Assembly: GCA_051362555.1 (NCBI GenBank) | Contig: CM120641.1 | Span: 6,324,001-6,388,000 of the forward strand | DNA length: 64,000 bases | DNA from: Lingula anatina | Taxonomy: Eukaryota; Animalia; Brachiopoda | Direction of reading: 5' to 3' | In this document: positions 38,801-52,889 of the stretch, piece by piece | How the letters are laid out: each line of letters begins with the position of its first letter | Position numbering within the stretch: the stretch's first letter is position 1 | Translations under genes and position numbers: made by a program | Notes under the pieces: model-generated | The model's database searches: none | What the model was told of the DNA's origin: nothing | The model's input: the letters and a program-made list of their open reading frames with translations, nothing else

Positions 38801-39788
38801 AATTCAACATTATGGCGTAGGTGAAAGAAAAAATTCACAGGCGTAGAATTAGATGGCAAATAAGCATTATATGTTTTACTGGTCGACTTCATTATAAAGG
38901 CAAAGTAAATGAAATTTTAGCTTAAACAACAAGACCTAACATTGACCTATTGTGTTTTCAGGATGGATGTTTTCATCAATAAAACCACTTTGAAGATGCT
39001 TGTTCAAATACCCAGGGGTGATTTAGTCAATTTCTGGCCACCTCTGAGAAAAAGGTGACAAGATTTCAGCTGTTTAAATATCTGCGTTTCTGCCCGTTGT
39101 TCATGTCCTGATGTAATCACAACTTTAAAAAGAAAGTAATTTGCTTTTACATCAATACATAAAACTATGTGCAATAAGCATCAGTAAGATCTTGATTAAA
39201 TCTTTGTTGATTTTTATCTTTTGTTATAATGCATTTAATTTTTTTCTCTTTTTTCAATCCTAGCGGCCATTATAGACTTATCTCTGTCTTTGTGACATAA
39301 AAATAAATTATATGTTCACTTGGTGCACGGAAATAGAATGTTAATGCTCAATTAGTAATGGAAAATTGTGAATACAGTTATGTAGTATAAGACTCATACT
39401 CACATGGTAGCAATCATTGTGGTTTTATTTATAATTGCTGTCTGTAGAACAAATCCAACTGCCTGCCCACAGCTTTTCTACATCTGGCAAGCAACAGTTG
39501 CAGTTATAGCTGCAAATTATGACTTATTCAGAAAGTCTCTCTGCTTTTTTTATCAGTGTAGTATCAGGAAGAAAGTCATCTGACATCTGTAGTCCTTGTA
39601 CTTGTCACCAGTCCTTTATCAGTCATGCTTGTCTTCAAATCAATTTCACTGTCTGGGTGTTCTCAAATATTCCCTGTTCATTTATCAAGACTGAACAATT
39701 AGTCTCCCAGTCTAATTAACATTTGTACCAGATGACCAATTTGCAAAGGAATTCCCGGCCATGACATGTACCTTCACCTTGGACAGCA

Positions 39789-40010
39789 TTCAGATTCACA
39801 CATTGTACTAGCTGGGTCTGTCTAAAGTGCAATCACTTACTAAAGTGCAATCACTGAAATCAGCTTAATTGTCTGACACGCCTCCTCGGGCAGCTAGGGG
39901 GTAATTAACTATCATATGCTGATTTAGCTGATGCCACTGATTGCACTTAAGTAAAAATCACTGGCAGTATTAGGCCGACCCAGCATGTACGTATGATGTA
40001 TGAATCTGAA
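39789..40010. mobile_element. ~220-bp foldback element (probable MITE)
   Basis: ttcagattca 39789 / tgaatctgaa 40001; gctgggtc 39811 / gacccagc 39977; agtgcaatca 39844 / tgattgcact 39938. Confidence 0.7.
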
Positions 40011-43000
40011 TCTGGATGCGTCTTAGGAGTTTTCAGTCCTATTTAAAGCAATCTGGTTGATTCTTTCATATTATTTTACCATTTATTTGGATTTGGATAC
40101 TTTATAACATATCTCTATTTTGAGTTTAGGACCCATCAAACTAACAAGATAGTTAGTTTGATATGTGCTGCATTCAGTGTATCAACCTGTGAGAGATACA
40201 ATGGAATAAAAATTTGGTGCAGTTTTAACCATTTGTGAATATGTCTGCTCAGGTTCGTCTTGTCCACTATCAGAGGCATCAGGGAAAAATGTGACAAGAC
40301 ATTCATTTCCCATGTAGTTATCACCAATTTATCAGTGTGTCTGCTGTCCACTGGGCAGTCTTTCTCTGTGTCTGCCTGTCTTTTTTTCAAACGGTTCCCC
40401 TTCATGCACCAGACATGACTAGAGTTCTTGTCGAGCACAGAACTGCTTGTCAGTATGCGTGATTTCCCCATCTGACAAATTGGTTGAGGGACACACATAT
40501 ACATATAAGCAGCTGTATAGTTATGGTCATTATATCTACTGTACATGTATTCAACAGCAGCTAGCATGTAGCTATTTCAAAATGGGGAGGTTTCTTTTTC
40601 TGAGAAAGTGAACTTTTTTACCATTTAGTTCACCAAACTTGAAAATGGATCTGCATAGCTCTAATTTTAATTCAGAACATCTTTTCCAGCCAAAAGGGCA
40701 GTTCTTTTAACTCCCCCCCCCCCCCTCCAATAAAACCCTGTCCAACTACTTATTTTTTTATTTCCACCCTGGTCTGCAAAATTTAGATTTATTTTCCATA
40801 GTACCAGGGTCAACACATTTATTACAGATTTGTGTAATCTCTCCATCAGAGTCCTCAGGGGCCTGTCAGTGGACATTGCACATATATATATACCTCTGTA
40901 TGGTCATCAGCCACAGTGTTAGGTTCTTCAGGCACTGTGAAACCTAGCGTATAGCACTAACATATATGAGAAAAATTGCCCATATGCAGAGAAACACAAA
41001 GGGTGTGTTTAGACTTATGTTATGTACTTTTGCATGCCGAGAGGGAGATAAAATCTTTTTAGCATTTTCAAAAAACAATTTTGAGCTGCTTGTATCTTCA
41101 TTTTAATACATCAAAAGCAGTGTGATTTCATTATAATCGATGTCACATATGATATTCATGCGTACCTCTTTATGCCAGGTGTGACAGAGCCTTTAGATGT
41201 GAGTTCCTCATTAAAAAAAATACTTACATGTGATAACATTATAGTGTTATAGATCTAGATCTAGATGTTATTTCTACACATTACTTAATCATGATTAAGC
41301 TCAGTATGCTCATTATTATGAAAAGTTCATGAAATGAATGTCATTATAAGGAAATGTTTCATTTTAAAGAAATAATGGTGCAAGGGTTTTTTTTTGTTTA
41401 TACCTCCAACAGAAATGAATGACTCATACTTTTGCCAATTTTGATTTGATATAAAAAAAGAGAAAAAAACTTCATTAAAACACAAAAAGTTTGTTATAAA
41501 AATTATTGATTTAAAAACTGTACTTCAGCCTTGCTATGACTAATATTGTTATGACTCAGTGTTTTTCTCCAGACTGTTGTTGACATTTGTGTCCAGCATT
41601 TGAATAGGGAACAGGTAGTTTGTGTATTAAATGGCAGGTGTCTGATACACTTGTTTAGACATCTGAGATCAATTTTTTTCATACTGACGTAATTATTTCT
41701 AATTCGTATTTGCCAAGTATTCTGCATAGTGATCAGCCTTTCTGCCATGTTGAGTTAAAATGCTGAAATATTTTTTATGACCATTTTGTTTTTGAATTTC
41801 TTTCAGCTCCCCTTTCTTTTATCCTATTACTTCATGTTGTTAAAATTAGCATAATGACTACAACTAGGGATAGTTTTATCTTAAATCAATATCAGCCCAA
41901 GATGATTAATCAAACCATTATTGGCTATTTAAAATGTTTTTTATGTGTGCTTTCAATTTCAAAGAAGAATTAGATTTTTTATCAATTAAGCCTTTGCAGA
42001 TTCATCGTATGCCTGTTATTTTACTTGCATATTGCAGAAGCACTAGTACATGTATTAACTACATTATGGTAAATGGATTCCCTATAACCAAATGCAAGTG
42101 GGATTCTTAACTGATGCCAGCAATCATATTTCTGCACACATGGAAAGAACAGAATATTATTTCAGATCATTTTTCATCTAGCTTTTCTCTCTTAATATTG
42201 TGAATGGAGCAACGAACTCATTGATTAACCTTAGTCACAAATGCACTATATACAAAACCACCTTTCGGCAGATCAAAAAGCTTGAAATTTATCGTAAATT
42301 GTTGGCTTGAAGAAACTGCCATCCATGAAATTGCCAGTTTATCAGAAACAATGGGTCAAGCACCTGTTCTGTGATTCAAAGTTGCAAAATACATGATGTA
42401 ATTACCACGACACCTGTTACAAGTTTTTTTTCTTCTTTTGTGACAGAAGATGAATGTGTGAGGGTGCCATTGTTGGCAGGAATTCTGTAGATGCTTGCCA
42501 TAATTTATTTTTGAAGCTTTGCCAGCCTTGGGAAAATTTTTCTTTTACTGAAAGTGAAAAGCATTCCATCTTTCTATAAGTACATACAAATTTCATATCG
42601 TGCAGGAAAGATTATTACAATAATCATATCAAATAAAGAATACACAATTTTATTTCATTGACATATTTTGTTGTGCAATGCACTTGTAAAAGTTCTTGTA
42701 CAAATTGTTGGAGTAATTCATTTATTGAAATTGGAACATTTAACAGATTTTTTTTGTTCCTATTTAATTGATGTATTAAAATGATGATTGTTATGAATGA
42801 TAAAAATGTGCAAATACATCATTATAACAAGGTAGAACTTTCTGATTAAAAATCAACCACATCATTCTTGAAGTACATTAATTAGTAGGGACAAAAATGC
42901 AGGGTAGGCCTGCCTCCTACATAGTTCATCATGTTACATTCATTTCAGTATTTCAAATGTAAATCAACATTTTTGTTAAATATAATGTTTGTGTATTTTG

Positions 43001-43289
43001 ACGCAAAAAAAAAAAAAAAAGCATTAGTCAGTATGAAAACTTAAGTCAATAATATTGCAATATCATTTTCCTGTTTTTGTCAAAGATGACAAGGAAAGGT
43101 TCGGATTTCATGCTTGTGATAATGTGGTACTTCAATTCTGCTGATGATTTTTGCCAATTTAACCATATGCTACTGAAAAAGCATTTTGTTCCAAGTACCA
43201 GCACACAACCTCACCCTGTCTGCTCATTAAATGTATTTATCTGAATCTCTCTCACTCTTCTCCTTTTCGTCTAACTTTCCTTCCTTCCT

Positions 43290-43293
<4 letters not shown>

Positions 43294-43324
<31 letters not shown>
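43294..43324. repeat. (TC)n microsatellite preceded by (TTCC)n
   Basis: Direct reading of the sequence. Confidence 0.95.
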
Positions 43325-43327
<3 letters not shown>

Positions 43328-46300
43328 AAACAGACAGTATTATTTGCAGTCAGTAGCTCAACTAATAACTTGGCACTCACTTTATTGCTATAAATATTGC
43401 TATTACTGTGCAGGCATGGAAGTGCTAAATTAAGTGATGCTCCTGCAGCTCTCGACGTCATATTTTCCTGACATTATGTTATTTGCGGAACACTATACTT
43501 TTTATTATTCCATATGAAGGGATGTGGTTGTGGTCTGAGTGGCTGTGAGTGTGACATTTCTTATAAATGCTAATTTTTCAAATAAAAGCCCACTGGAAGT
43601 GATAGTTTTCTTGATATGGAAATGAAACCCATTCATAAATTCATCACTGCGTCATATCCATAGGTGTGAATTGTTTTTGTAAATGTAAGTTTAGATAATG
43701 TTTTGGCATTAGGGTTTAGTTATCTGTTACTTTTATCTGTAATCTCTGTCAGTAGATGTTACACCTGGCTAGATGCGTTGATCTGGAGATTAGAAGATTA
43801 AGATCCGTCAGAATAAATGTACAAATGACGAGTAAAAAGCTATAGATTTCCAAATGATAAACAACAGCCCATTCATAACTTTATTAGGATCACAATGATA
43901 AGTGTAGATGTGAACTTATTATCATGAGGGAAATAATGTTCAACTTTTTTACAGAAATAAATTTTATTCTACTTTTTTTGTTTCTGAATGGATTTCAGCT
44001 GTTGATTAGCTTACTGAAGTATGATTAGAGATCATTAGAATCCTAATGAACAAATGATGACAGGGTATATTTTGAGTTGATATATTTTTAAAAAGTTGGC
44101 CCAAGATGACTTGTCCTCTGGACAAAAATTTTCTGGCTATTAGGCCACAAGATTATACCACTTATTTTCCTACTATATCATGATTTTGAAATAATTTCAT
44201 TCTGAACTGTTTTTAAGTAAGTTTTTATCACCTCACTTTTTTATTTTTAGCCTAAAGATATAATTTTCTCTTTGTCATTATGATTACTATGTTTTTTGGG
44301 TGAATTTGGTGTGGAGAGTATTGTATGGGTTCTTTTGTTTGCTCTGCACAATGATATCAGCCAAATCAAACAGCATTTTTGGACAAATTTTGGGACAAAA
44401 TCAATGTGTGCAAACAGATCCCTTCCCACTTGCGCTGTCTTCTTCTTGAATACATATACAGAAAGATAATAATATATGTATTGTGTACAATTTTTATGTA
44501 AAACGATTATGAGATTTTTGTGATATATCTAAATATATACTCTGGTGAATAGATATGAAATTCACTGTAGCTTACATACAATTATCCAGAAATTGTTAAA
44601 CCATATATAATATATTTGCAAAGCCAAATTAAAGTTTTACCATGGCTTCATATATTTTCAAAACAGTAATAATTTGAAAGATGACCATATTATAAACCAG
44701 TTTACTGTTGCTTTGTTATTTAAACCTTGCTGGAATCTGTGTTACATGGCTATTACCCATACTAGAAGTAAGATCAAGTTACAACGTGAAAGCTGTTATC
44801 GTGACTTTGCTTCTTTTACAATAAAGAAAACACCAGAATGTTTTGAAGCAATTTTATGTTCCATTTTATCGTAATTGAACTGATTAACTGATAAGTCTTT
44901 TTATTGTTGAAAAAGCCAACCTTTATTTTTTGATGAAAATGAAACTGTATAGGCCTGTCAAGAACTATACACAATGGCATTTTTTCCTTTTATGTTTCTT
45001 CCCTTCATTAAAGAGTTCCAAAAGTTATGCTTGATCTTTAACCTCCATAGAGCAACACCTGCACACTGATAGATGAACCTTTCAATGAATGCTTCATTCT
45101 TTACTTATTGAAGATTATGACAATGTTTGTAAGCTCAGTCTGGCATCTCATTCATCCTTTTGTGGCAGTAATTCCAGCCCTGTGCACCATTTTCTCTCCC
45201 TTGATTTGAATGCTTTTTGTATATTTATTCTTCATTTAATATATTTTATACACTTCATTTTAAAAAGACAATGCAGACTTTAGGCATTTCCTGCCTAGTT
45301 TTCATATTACTGTCACGGCCACTATCACTTTATCAAATAAAATAGCTCTGTTTACGTAGACTAAGTTATTTGTCAATGTACTCCAAACTAATAGGAATAT
45401 TAAATTATTAAATTTTTTTTCATAACAATTGTGGCATATCTACCATAATGTATCAAAGTATTATTTTGAAAATACACCTTACCACCCAAGACGGTGTGTG
45501 GAGAAATATACATTGTATCCCTGAACCAACAAATAACTGAATTTTCACAACAACTATGGTGGCATTCATTTACTTTTGCTATATAGGTGTCTTGATAAAA
45601 GTCAATTTTTTTGTTAAAGGTGTTCAAAGTTAACAAACCATGCAGTATTTTGAATAGCCTTTATAGGTAAGTCACTATAAGGCAGCTGGTGTGTTTTCTA
45701 AGCATTTTTCACAGCCAGCCTTGACTATTGTGATAACACATGCAAGATTTGCTGCAAGCAAATGTTTCTCACGATAGATTGACTCAAAGGCAGATTCTGG
45801 GGGTTGACTGCAAGGGAAAACAACCTTTGACAAATCCACTTACTTCACTTAGCCTTTTGAGTTATTATTGACCCATAATCACAATGTACTTGATAGGTTG
45901 CTGAAAATCTCACAACATGTAATTTTTTATGGTTTAAACAAATTATTGGACTACATACAGGAAAATTCAGGTTAATTATTCTCTCAGAGAAATTTTTTCT
46001 GAACATCCAAGGCAAGTTTTTTTTTAAAATAAACACAGACTGAAATATTTTCTAGTGTTTGTGTTTTAACAAGATTCTGTCACTGTACAAATTACTATTC
46101 AGTTTTCATCACGTATATACCATGCAATTATATGATTTTTAATTGAATGATTTTTCTTTAGTCAGACACTAAAAAGAGACCATTGATTTAGCTTGAGTGG
46201 AAGTATTAAGTATCAAATAATGAATTTCCTCTTTTTAACCTAATGCCATGGAAGCAAATGATAAATATTAGGGAGTGCTAAATATAGTTACAGTTATTGA

Positions 46301-48684
46301 GTCAGTTGGGGGATTGTACCACACTAACCATCACTGATTATTGATCTTCTTATTGATTGGGTCATTTTCACAGTCAGAGACGACCATTATGTATGTGCAC
46401 TGATCAAGGATCATGACCTAGTACAACAATATTTTCTCAACTTTTTTCCATCCGTGCATAGACGCCGTCAAATCTTTGAAGTCGTTCGGCACGTGTTAGT
46501 GACCATTCATGTGAAAGCAAACTTCTGCTACTAATTGCTGTCAATGTATACATAAAGTGTTTGGGTAACAAATTATTAATGATGGGTTTGTTTGCCAATT
46601 TTTGTATATATTACCTGTTTTGATGGGTGTGTCGTAGTTGCAAATACAGATGAGTGATTGCTCTGTTTGATAATAGAAGTATTATATGGAGAAAGGTAGA
46701 GAAAATTGACCAAATGACATTGTGTTATTTGTCTCTCTAATCATTATTGCACTGGTAGCTCTATTACAAACTATCAGCATGTAAAGATTCATTTTTTATC
46801 CAGTATTTGCATGAATGAAGCAATAGCACATGTTGATGATAAGAAAGGAAACCTGCATGTGAATGCATGCTGATATATCAATTTCAAAGAAAATTTGAAT
46901 TTGACTAAATCCAACAGTCTTTGTTATCTCATGCCAATTAACATAACTGAAAGTATTTAATATTCAGACATCATTACTTAACTTAATCTATGTAGTTTAC
47001 AACCTGTAATCTGTATAATTCTTGATACTTTTGTAACTTTATTTGGTAAGATTAGGAAAATATTTAAAATTTGTGTTGCATTTAAAATATAACACAGGTG
47101 TAAAGTCTACAAAAGTGTAATGAGCCTCAAACTTTTTAACTTTCAGGTAAGGTGTGAGGCCATTTGCCAACTGCCATGAGCAACGTGACCAAGTCAGGAT
47201 TCTCAAAACTAAATCATTGAATTGTAACTCAAGGGGACAATTTCTCATTATGGAATATGTGATTATATCATCAGTGCATGCAGATGCAGTATTCCTAGGC
47301 ACACACCCTGCATGCAAAAGCACCCTCCTGAATAATGTATAAATAAGCAGAAATTTGCAGAAATGGGATTCTGATAATGACGGGCATTTTAAAGACTTCC
47401 CTTTTCACTAATGTGGAAAATATCTAAATATACATCAGTCTCTGGGGTGTAATTATGACAGCCACAAGTGATATCTGTGTTGCTGATTTTGGTCAACTGT
47501 TAATCAGTATATAAATACACTGCGTTTGAGTTAATTAACTATAACTGATTGCTAGATGGTACATATATTACAGTTATTCTTTTTTCAATAGAGACCACTG
47601 TAACAGATCCCAATTGAATAAACAAGATAAAAATTGGCAAATTTATGTGTGTGTCTAAATTGTTTATAATGACCAAACACATCAGTTCAAATAACCAATG
47701 TAATTCAGTGAAAAATGTGCAAGTCTTGTCTGTAACTGAAATACTAATGACCGAATTATTTTACCTCGTATAGACACTTGGGTCATTAAATGACCATGAG
47801 TTGTCAATAAACGAGGAAAAAAATTTGATTTTGCATAATGAAGCTGCAAATAATCCATATAATGAAGTTAGCAGACAGAGAATGTAGTTTGATTGATGAA
47901 ATCCTGTGATAACATTTTCAAAACATCACGTTTTCCTGCATTATTGATCTGCATGATGTTCTCTCCAAAGTGCTGTACGTCTGTCCTATACTCAGCTGCT
48001 GGTTCACAGGATTAGCTGTGAAAAGACATTATGCAGAGCAGAACAATTGGTTGTACATTCAGCATTAATGGTCCTGGACGGGTTTCTTTTACTTTCATTT
48101 GAGCTTGTCAAATACAGATATCTGTGTTCGTTTGCATGTGTATTATTGTGTGTATATTTTCCAAAATTTAGAATTAATGCACATAGCTATATACATGAAA
48201 GATGATTTCTTCATGCATATTAAAAATGAAACATTTAAAAAAAACAACTTGTGTATTTGTATTGTTGTGCTTGGAATGTGTGCAAGTGTGTGTTTCTATT
48301 TATTTACCTCATTGTCTACAGTTATTTCAATAATTGCATGCAGATACATGAATATTGTCAAGATGAAGGAGCCGCCTTCATTAAGTTCAGAAGATAATAT
48401 CCTAATTAAGTTATGTTAATAGTTTTTATCAGGAATATTTAATTGCACATGTAGCTAGATTCAAATAAGAGAGTTTGCTTTTAATTTGTTTCAAGCTAGT
48501 TTGTCAACTGAAAATAGGAAAAGAGTTGTGCTGTGTTTACAAACATTTTTTCAAGATAAACTGCTTCCCCATTCTCAATGCTAAAAATATGCATCGTCCA
48601 AATAAATCAAAATTTAAATTCTAGTTTTATCACTATTTTTATGTATGAATTGTACATAGTACATCATAGTACATCATAATTTTC

Positions 48685-48805
48685 GGGGGCGTCTTGATAG
48701 TGCGAAGATTCACTGGTCCGAGGGTTCCTTGGTCCGAAGGTTCTATAGTGAACATTCGGACCAATGATTTGGATTATTGAACCTTTGGACTATTGCTACG
48801 GCCCC
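48685..48805. mobile_element. 121-bp non-autonomous DNA element with 8-bp TSD and internal ~15-bp subrepeats
   Basis: taattttc occurs on both sides (48677-48684, 48806-48813). Termini gggggcgt...acggcccc. Internal ggtccga(g/a)ggttc repeats, inverted in the right half. Confidence 0.85.
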
Positions 48806-50067
48806 TAATTTTCAATCGCTGGATGAGGCATGTGAGGTAATTCAGTGACAGTGGTACCCAGTACCCTCTACTCTCTAACTCACAGGGCAGAAAAGTGCCA
48901 TGAATTAACCAAAGACATATCTGTAAATATCTAGTGAAAAATCAATCTGCGGCCCTGGTAGAGATTGGTAGAGGGTAGGTAGCCAGCGGGACAAGAGAGA
49001 TTAGACAGACTCATAATGGTCAGAAATCTGAATCACATGGACTGCTGATATAGTGCAGTGCTAAGTAAAGCCTACACAACTGAACTGTAAATGTGGAAAT
49101 CAGCCTTTATTAGTTTGTTTGGATAACCAGATTTTTTTTACGAAAAATTTTACTGGTTTTTATATCCTGTTTACTCACAGTATATTGTGTGAATTGGGCT
49201 GAAATTTTACTGAATATTTTGACGATGAAGCTGCATTAAAAAACCAGAAAAGATTTCCTCAATTAGTCAAGTTAATAACTTTCATCATGAACCATAGCTA
49301 ATTTTGCTTTATTTTTGCTCCTTTCTTTGTCTTGGGACTATTTTTAGTGAAGATAAAACCATCCTTGGTTAAAAATGCTCTCTGAATGAGACAGTCAGTG
49401 ATATTAAGTGCTCCTTAGAAAACATTTTCATTATTAAATTAGTGCACTTCAGTGAGGTCATGCCTGCTTAACTATATATATACATGCAGTCCATGCATGC
49501 AGCTGGCACTGATAACTTCTTGACAGTAGAACTGTTGATGAATTTCGGGAACTGACCCAACCATGACCTCTGAGGAGGGCACCAGGTGTAAATCTGGGAA
49601 ATGAAACCCAGCTACATATTATATCAAAATTATATAAATGCTCAAACGTGGATGAGAATGAAACGCATGTGCAGTACTTACTGATTAATATCAAGTAAAC
49701 TGTATGATATTCTTGAAATAATTGTCAATAATACTTAGAAATGTTGCTTAATAAGTTCAGAAAAGTAGTTGGCTTCATGTCAGAAAGACCATTTTTGCGA
49801 GTAACTAAATATTTGGAGAAAGTTTAATACTGGAATGAGTGAAGCGTTTGAAATGTTCAACTTAATAACAATCTACTTTGGAAAATTGGGCAATGAGATT
49901 TAAATTAAAAGCTTCTCAGTCATATTATTATAGATCTTTTTTTCTACCAAATGGTCAACTTGCTAGATGCAACCAAACTTTTGGAAATGTCTTAGAAGTT
50001 TGATTCTGTTTTAGGACTGAAGAAATGAGCATGCTAGGCACTTTTGCAATATTCAAGCATACATACA

Positions 50068-50234
50068 CAGGCCCGTAGCAAGGGGGGGTTCGGGGGTTTG
50101 AAAGAACCGCCCCTTTTTGCTGGGAAAAGGTCCACTCTGGGTAAAATTTGATCTAGGTACATGAAGTTTTTATGGAAAAAGGTCCACTTTTTCAGAAAAA
50201 GAACCCCCTTTTGAAATTGCTGGCTACGGGCCTG
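50068..50234. mobile_element. 167-bp MITE with perfect 12-bp TIRs CAGGCCCGTAGC and 5-bp TSD
   Basis: caggcccgtagc...gctacgggcctg flanked by ataca at 50063-50067 and 50235-50239. Confidence 0.9.
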
Positions 50235-52889
50235 ATACAGTTTGGTATTTGGTACAGATGTTCTCTAGTGTTGAAGTGCCCTCTTTTAATCCAGCATGTA
50301 GAGCCAGTAGCAAACTCACAAGTACTTTTAAAGTAGGCGTTGTTATCAACAATGTTGCTGTTTGAGGTAATGTCATAAATTTGGTGACTGTATTATGACT
50401 ATATTGTTTACTTCATTTCTCCACACCCTATGACACACATTGCTGAGAGGGAATGAGATAGACATGGACAATATGTCTACATAATAAACCTTTGCACTTG
50501 CAGAGCGAAGAAATAACAAGAGTTTGTTTAAAATTTTCAATGTTTTATTGCATCAAACTTTTTTCCAACTCAAGTTCAACACCCAAGCTGTGGCTGTCTT
50601 GTTTCAGAAAATAAACCAAATTAACACTTTGAAATCTACTTGCGATTATATATGACAATTTTAAATGAAGCTCTCATCTGCAATCTATTTTCATTATCTG
50701 CTCAAACCTCAATACTGCTTTTACAACTTTCAGCTTCAATTATACTTCAAATTTGTACTGCACTGTAAAAATCTAATGGAGCAGGTTTTCAAAGGGATCT
50801 GTTATCTTGAATAAATTCAGCCAAAGTACAAACAGGTATTTACATTCACATAAGCCTTGTTGAAAAAATGTAATAAAGTTCCTGAACAAATATTCTATTA
50901 TTGCGATTAAAAAGAGTTCTTTTCAACAAGTTTTTCAGTGAAAAATACAATGTGTCACATAAAAGAAATTCATTGTTGATTATGTTTCAGATATGAGCTC
51001 CTATTATCCCTGAATGATTATCATTTCATTAAATGATGTATTTCATAATTTTGAAATCGCTTACATGCCAATAAAACAAATGCCAACAAAAGAGCTACTT
51101 AGGATGAGCATTCATGCACTTCACCAAGACTAAGCTGCTTTAGGAGCAATTTTATCCTCTACTTCAGGCAAGAATATTGCAATTTTCATTCAGAGAAAGG
51201 GTGATTTGGTATATTAGCTGAATAACTCATTCTATCACCCAGTTAGACTGGGCCTGATGTGGAAATAAACATGGGGCGAGTTGGAGTCGACTGATCAGTG
51301 TTAGAATATTCCTGCCTCTCTATAAATTAAAACCAGAAGCATGCACACAGCCCACTGAATATTCACTTGACTAGAAACACTTGACTAAATAGAAAAAAAG
51401 TTTATGATCAGACCTCTTGTGGTTCATCACTAACCCATAACACAAAAATATTTGGGATTCCACCAGGCACATTGTGTTCTTGCACTTCTTATATATCAAT
51501 ACAAACACCTTCAATGTGAGCATCCAAGTGGGGTGTTGTATGTAAACTAGCTATCACTTCAATCAACAAACTGTACATCTAAGAAATGGCAAGCAAATGG
51601 TGGGCTTCTCTGTATGTCAATATCTGCTGTGCAATAAAATATTTTTCATACACATTGCCTCTATGATGAAAAAACTAAAAATGTTAAACAACAGGCCTGC
51701 TATCATTCAATATATCTAGGCAATATTTCTGGCTGATTACGTTACTGTGTTGCTGAGTACAAGACCTTTATTCCCGTGTTGTGCATGACAAGTCCCACCT
51801 GACCTGATAAGATAATGTCAAAGACAATGTGGATTTTTTACCAACAAGTTTACCTTTACACCCAAGCACATGGGGGGGGGGGGGGGGAGATCACACAGTG
51901 CAGTACAGTCATACTGATGACCTCAGGGCACTTGGACAGCAGAGCTGATGTGTAATAACATACCTAGCTGTGTGCATCAGCCACAAACCATCCTCACTGC
52001 AGACCTTGATTTATAGCTCACAAGATCACAAAACCCACCCTGACTGACAGACTGAAGAACAGATTAAAGCCCTGATGTTGAGCTGGTAAAACTGTTTAAA
52101 CATCATCCATTTCTTTTCAACTTGACATGATATGAACACAGAGGAGTGGCCAGGCCTGTCTGTGTCAGAAAGCCAGCTTGAAAAGATCTCAGTTGCAAAT
52201 ATACACATATTAAACTGGATACCCCTTTGTAATCTAACAATCTCTTTCTCAGGCTTAAGGTGTTACAGGTAAAAATATTCATGGTGGTGCCATGACCTAC
52301 TTCTATATGATAAACAAGCTAACATGAAGTGGGCAATAAAGTCACCTACTGTGTCTGATCACAACCAACACCTCAGATTAAAAACAACAGAGATAAGACT
52401 TACAAATGACTGCATAGCATTTAACAATGTAATTATAATAAGAAACAAATAAATAATTCATCACAACTCTGAAGCAAAGTCACTTAAAAACCACATCGTG
52501 TACAGCATTGTCATTAGTTTTTCACCTCTTTTTTTTTTGAGCAAATGTCTTTAGGTGTAGCGTATTCTGTAAGCATCATTCAAAATCAGACTGATGCAAT
52601 GGGACATCTTTGACATCGCATCCATCACATAAACATTCCTTGCTACAGAGTGCTAAACAAGAATGTAATTGAGGCTCTCTGTTATGTCCCTTTAATGTCA
52701 CGATGATGCTATGTGCAGCCCTTTTTTTATTGCAAGGCATACATTCATGACAAGACTGGCGGGTGAAGGCAATACACGCACTTTTCCTTTTAAGCCATTT
52801 TGGAGCCATAAGGAATTCCTTACATCACTCACACTTCACAAGAGCTGGGTTGGCAGGCAGTAACACATCACCATTTTGTGTGTGTGGGA

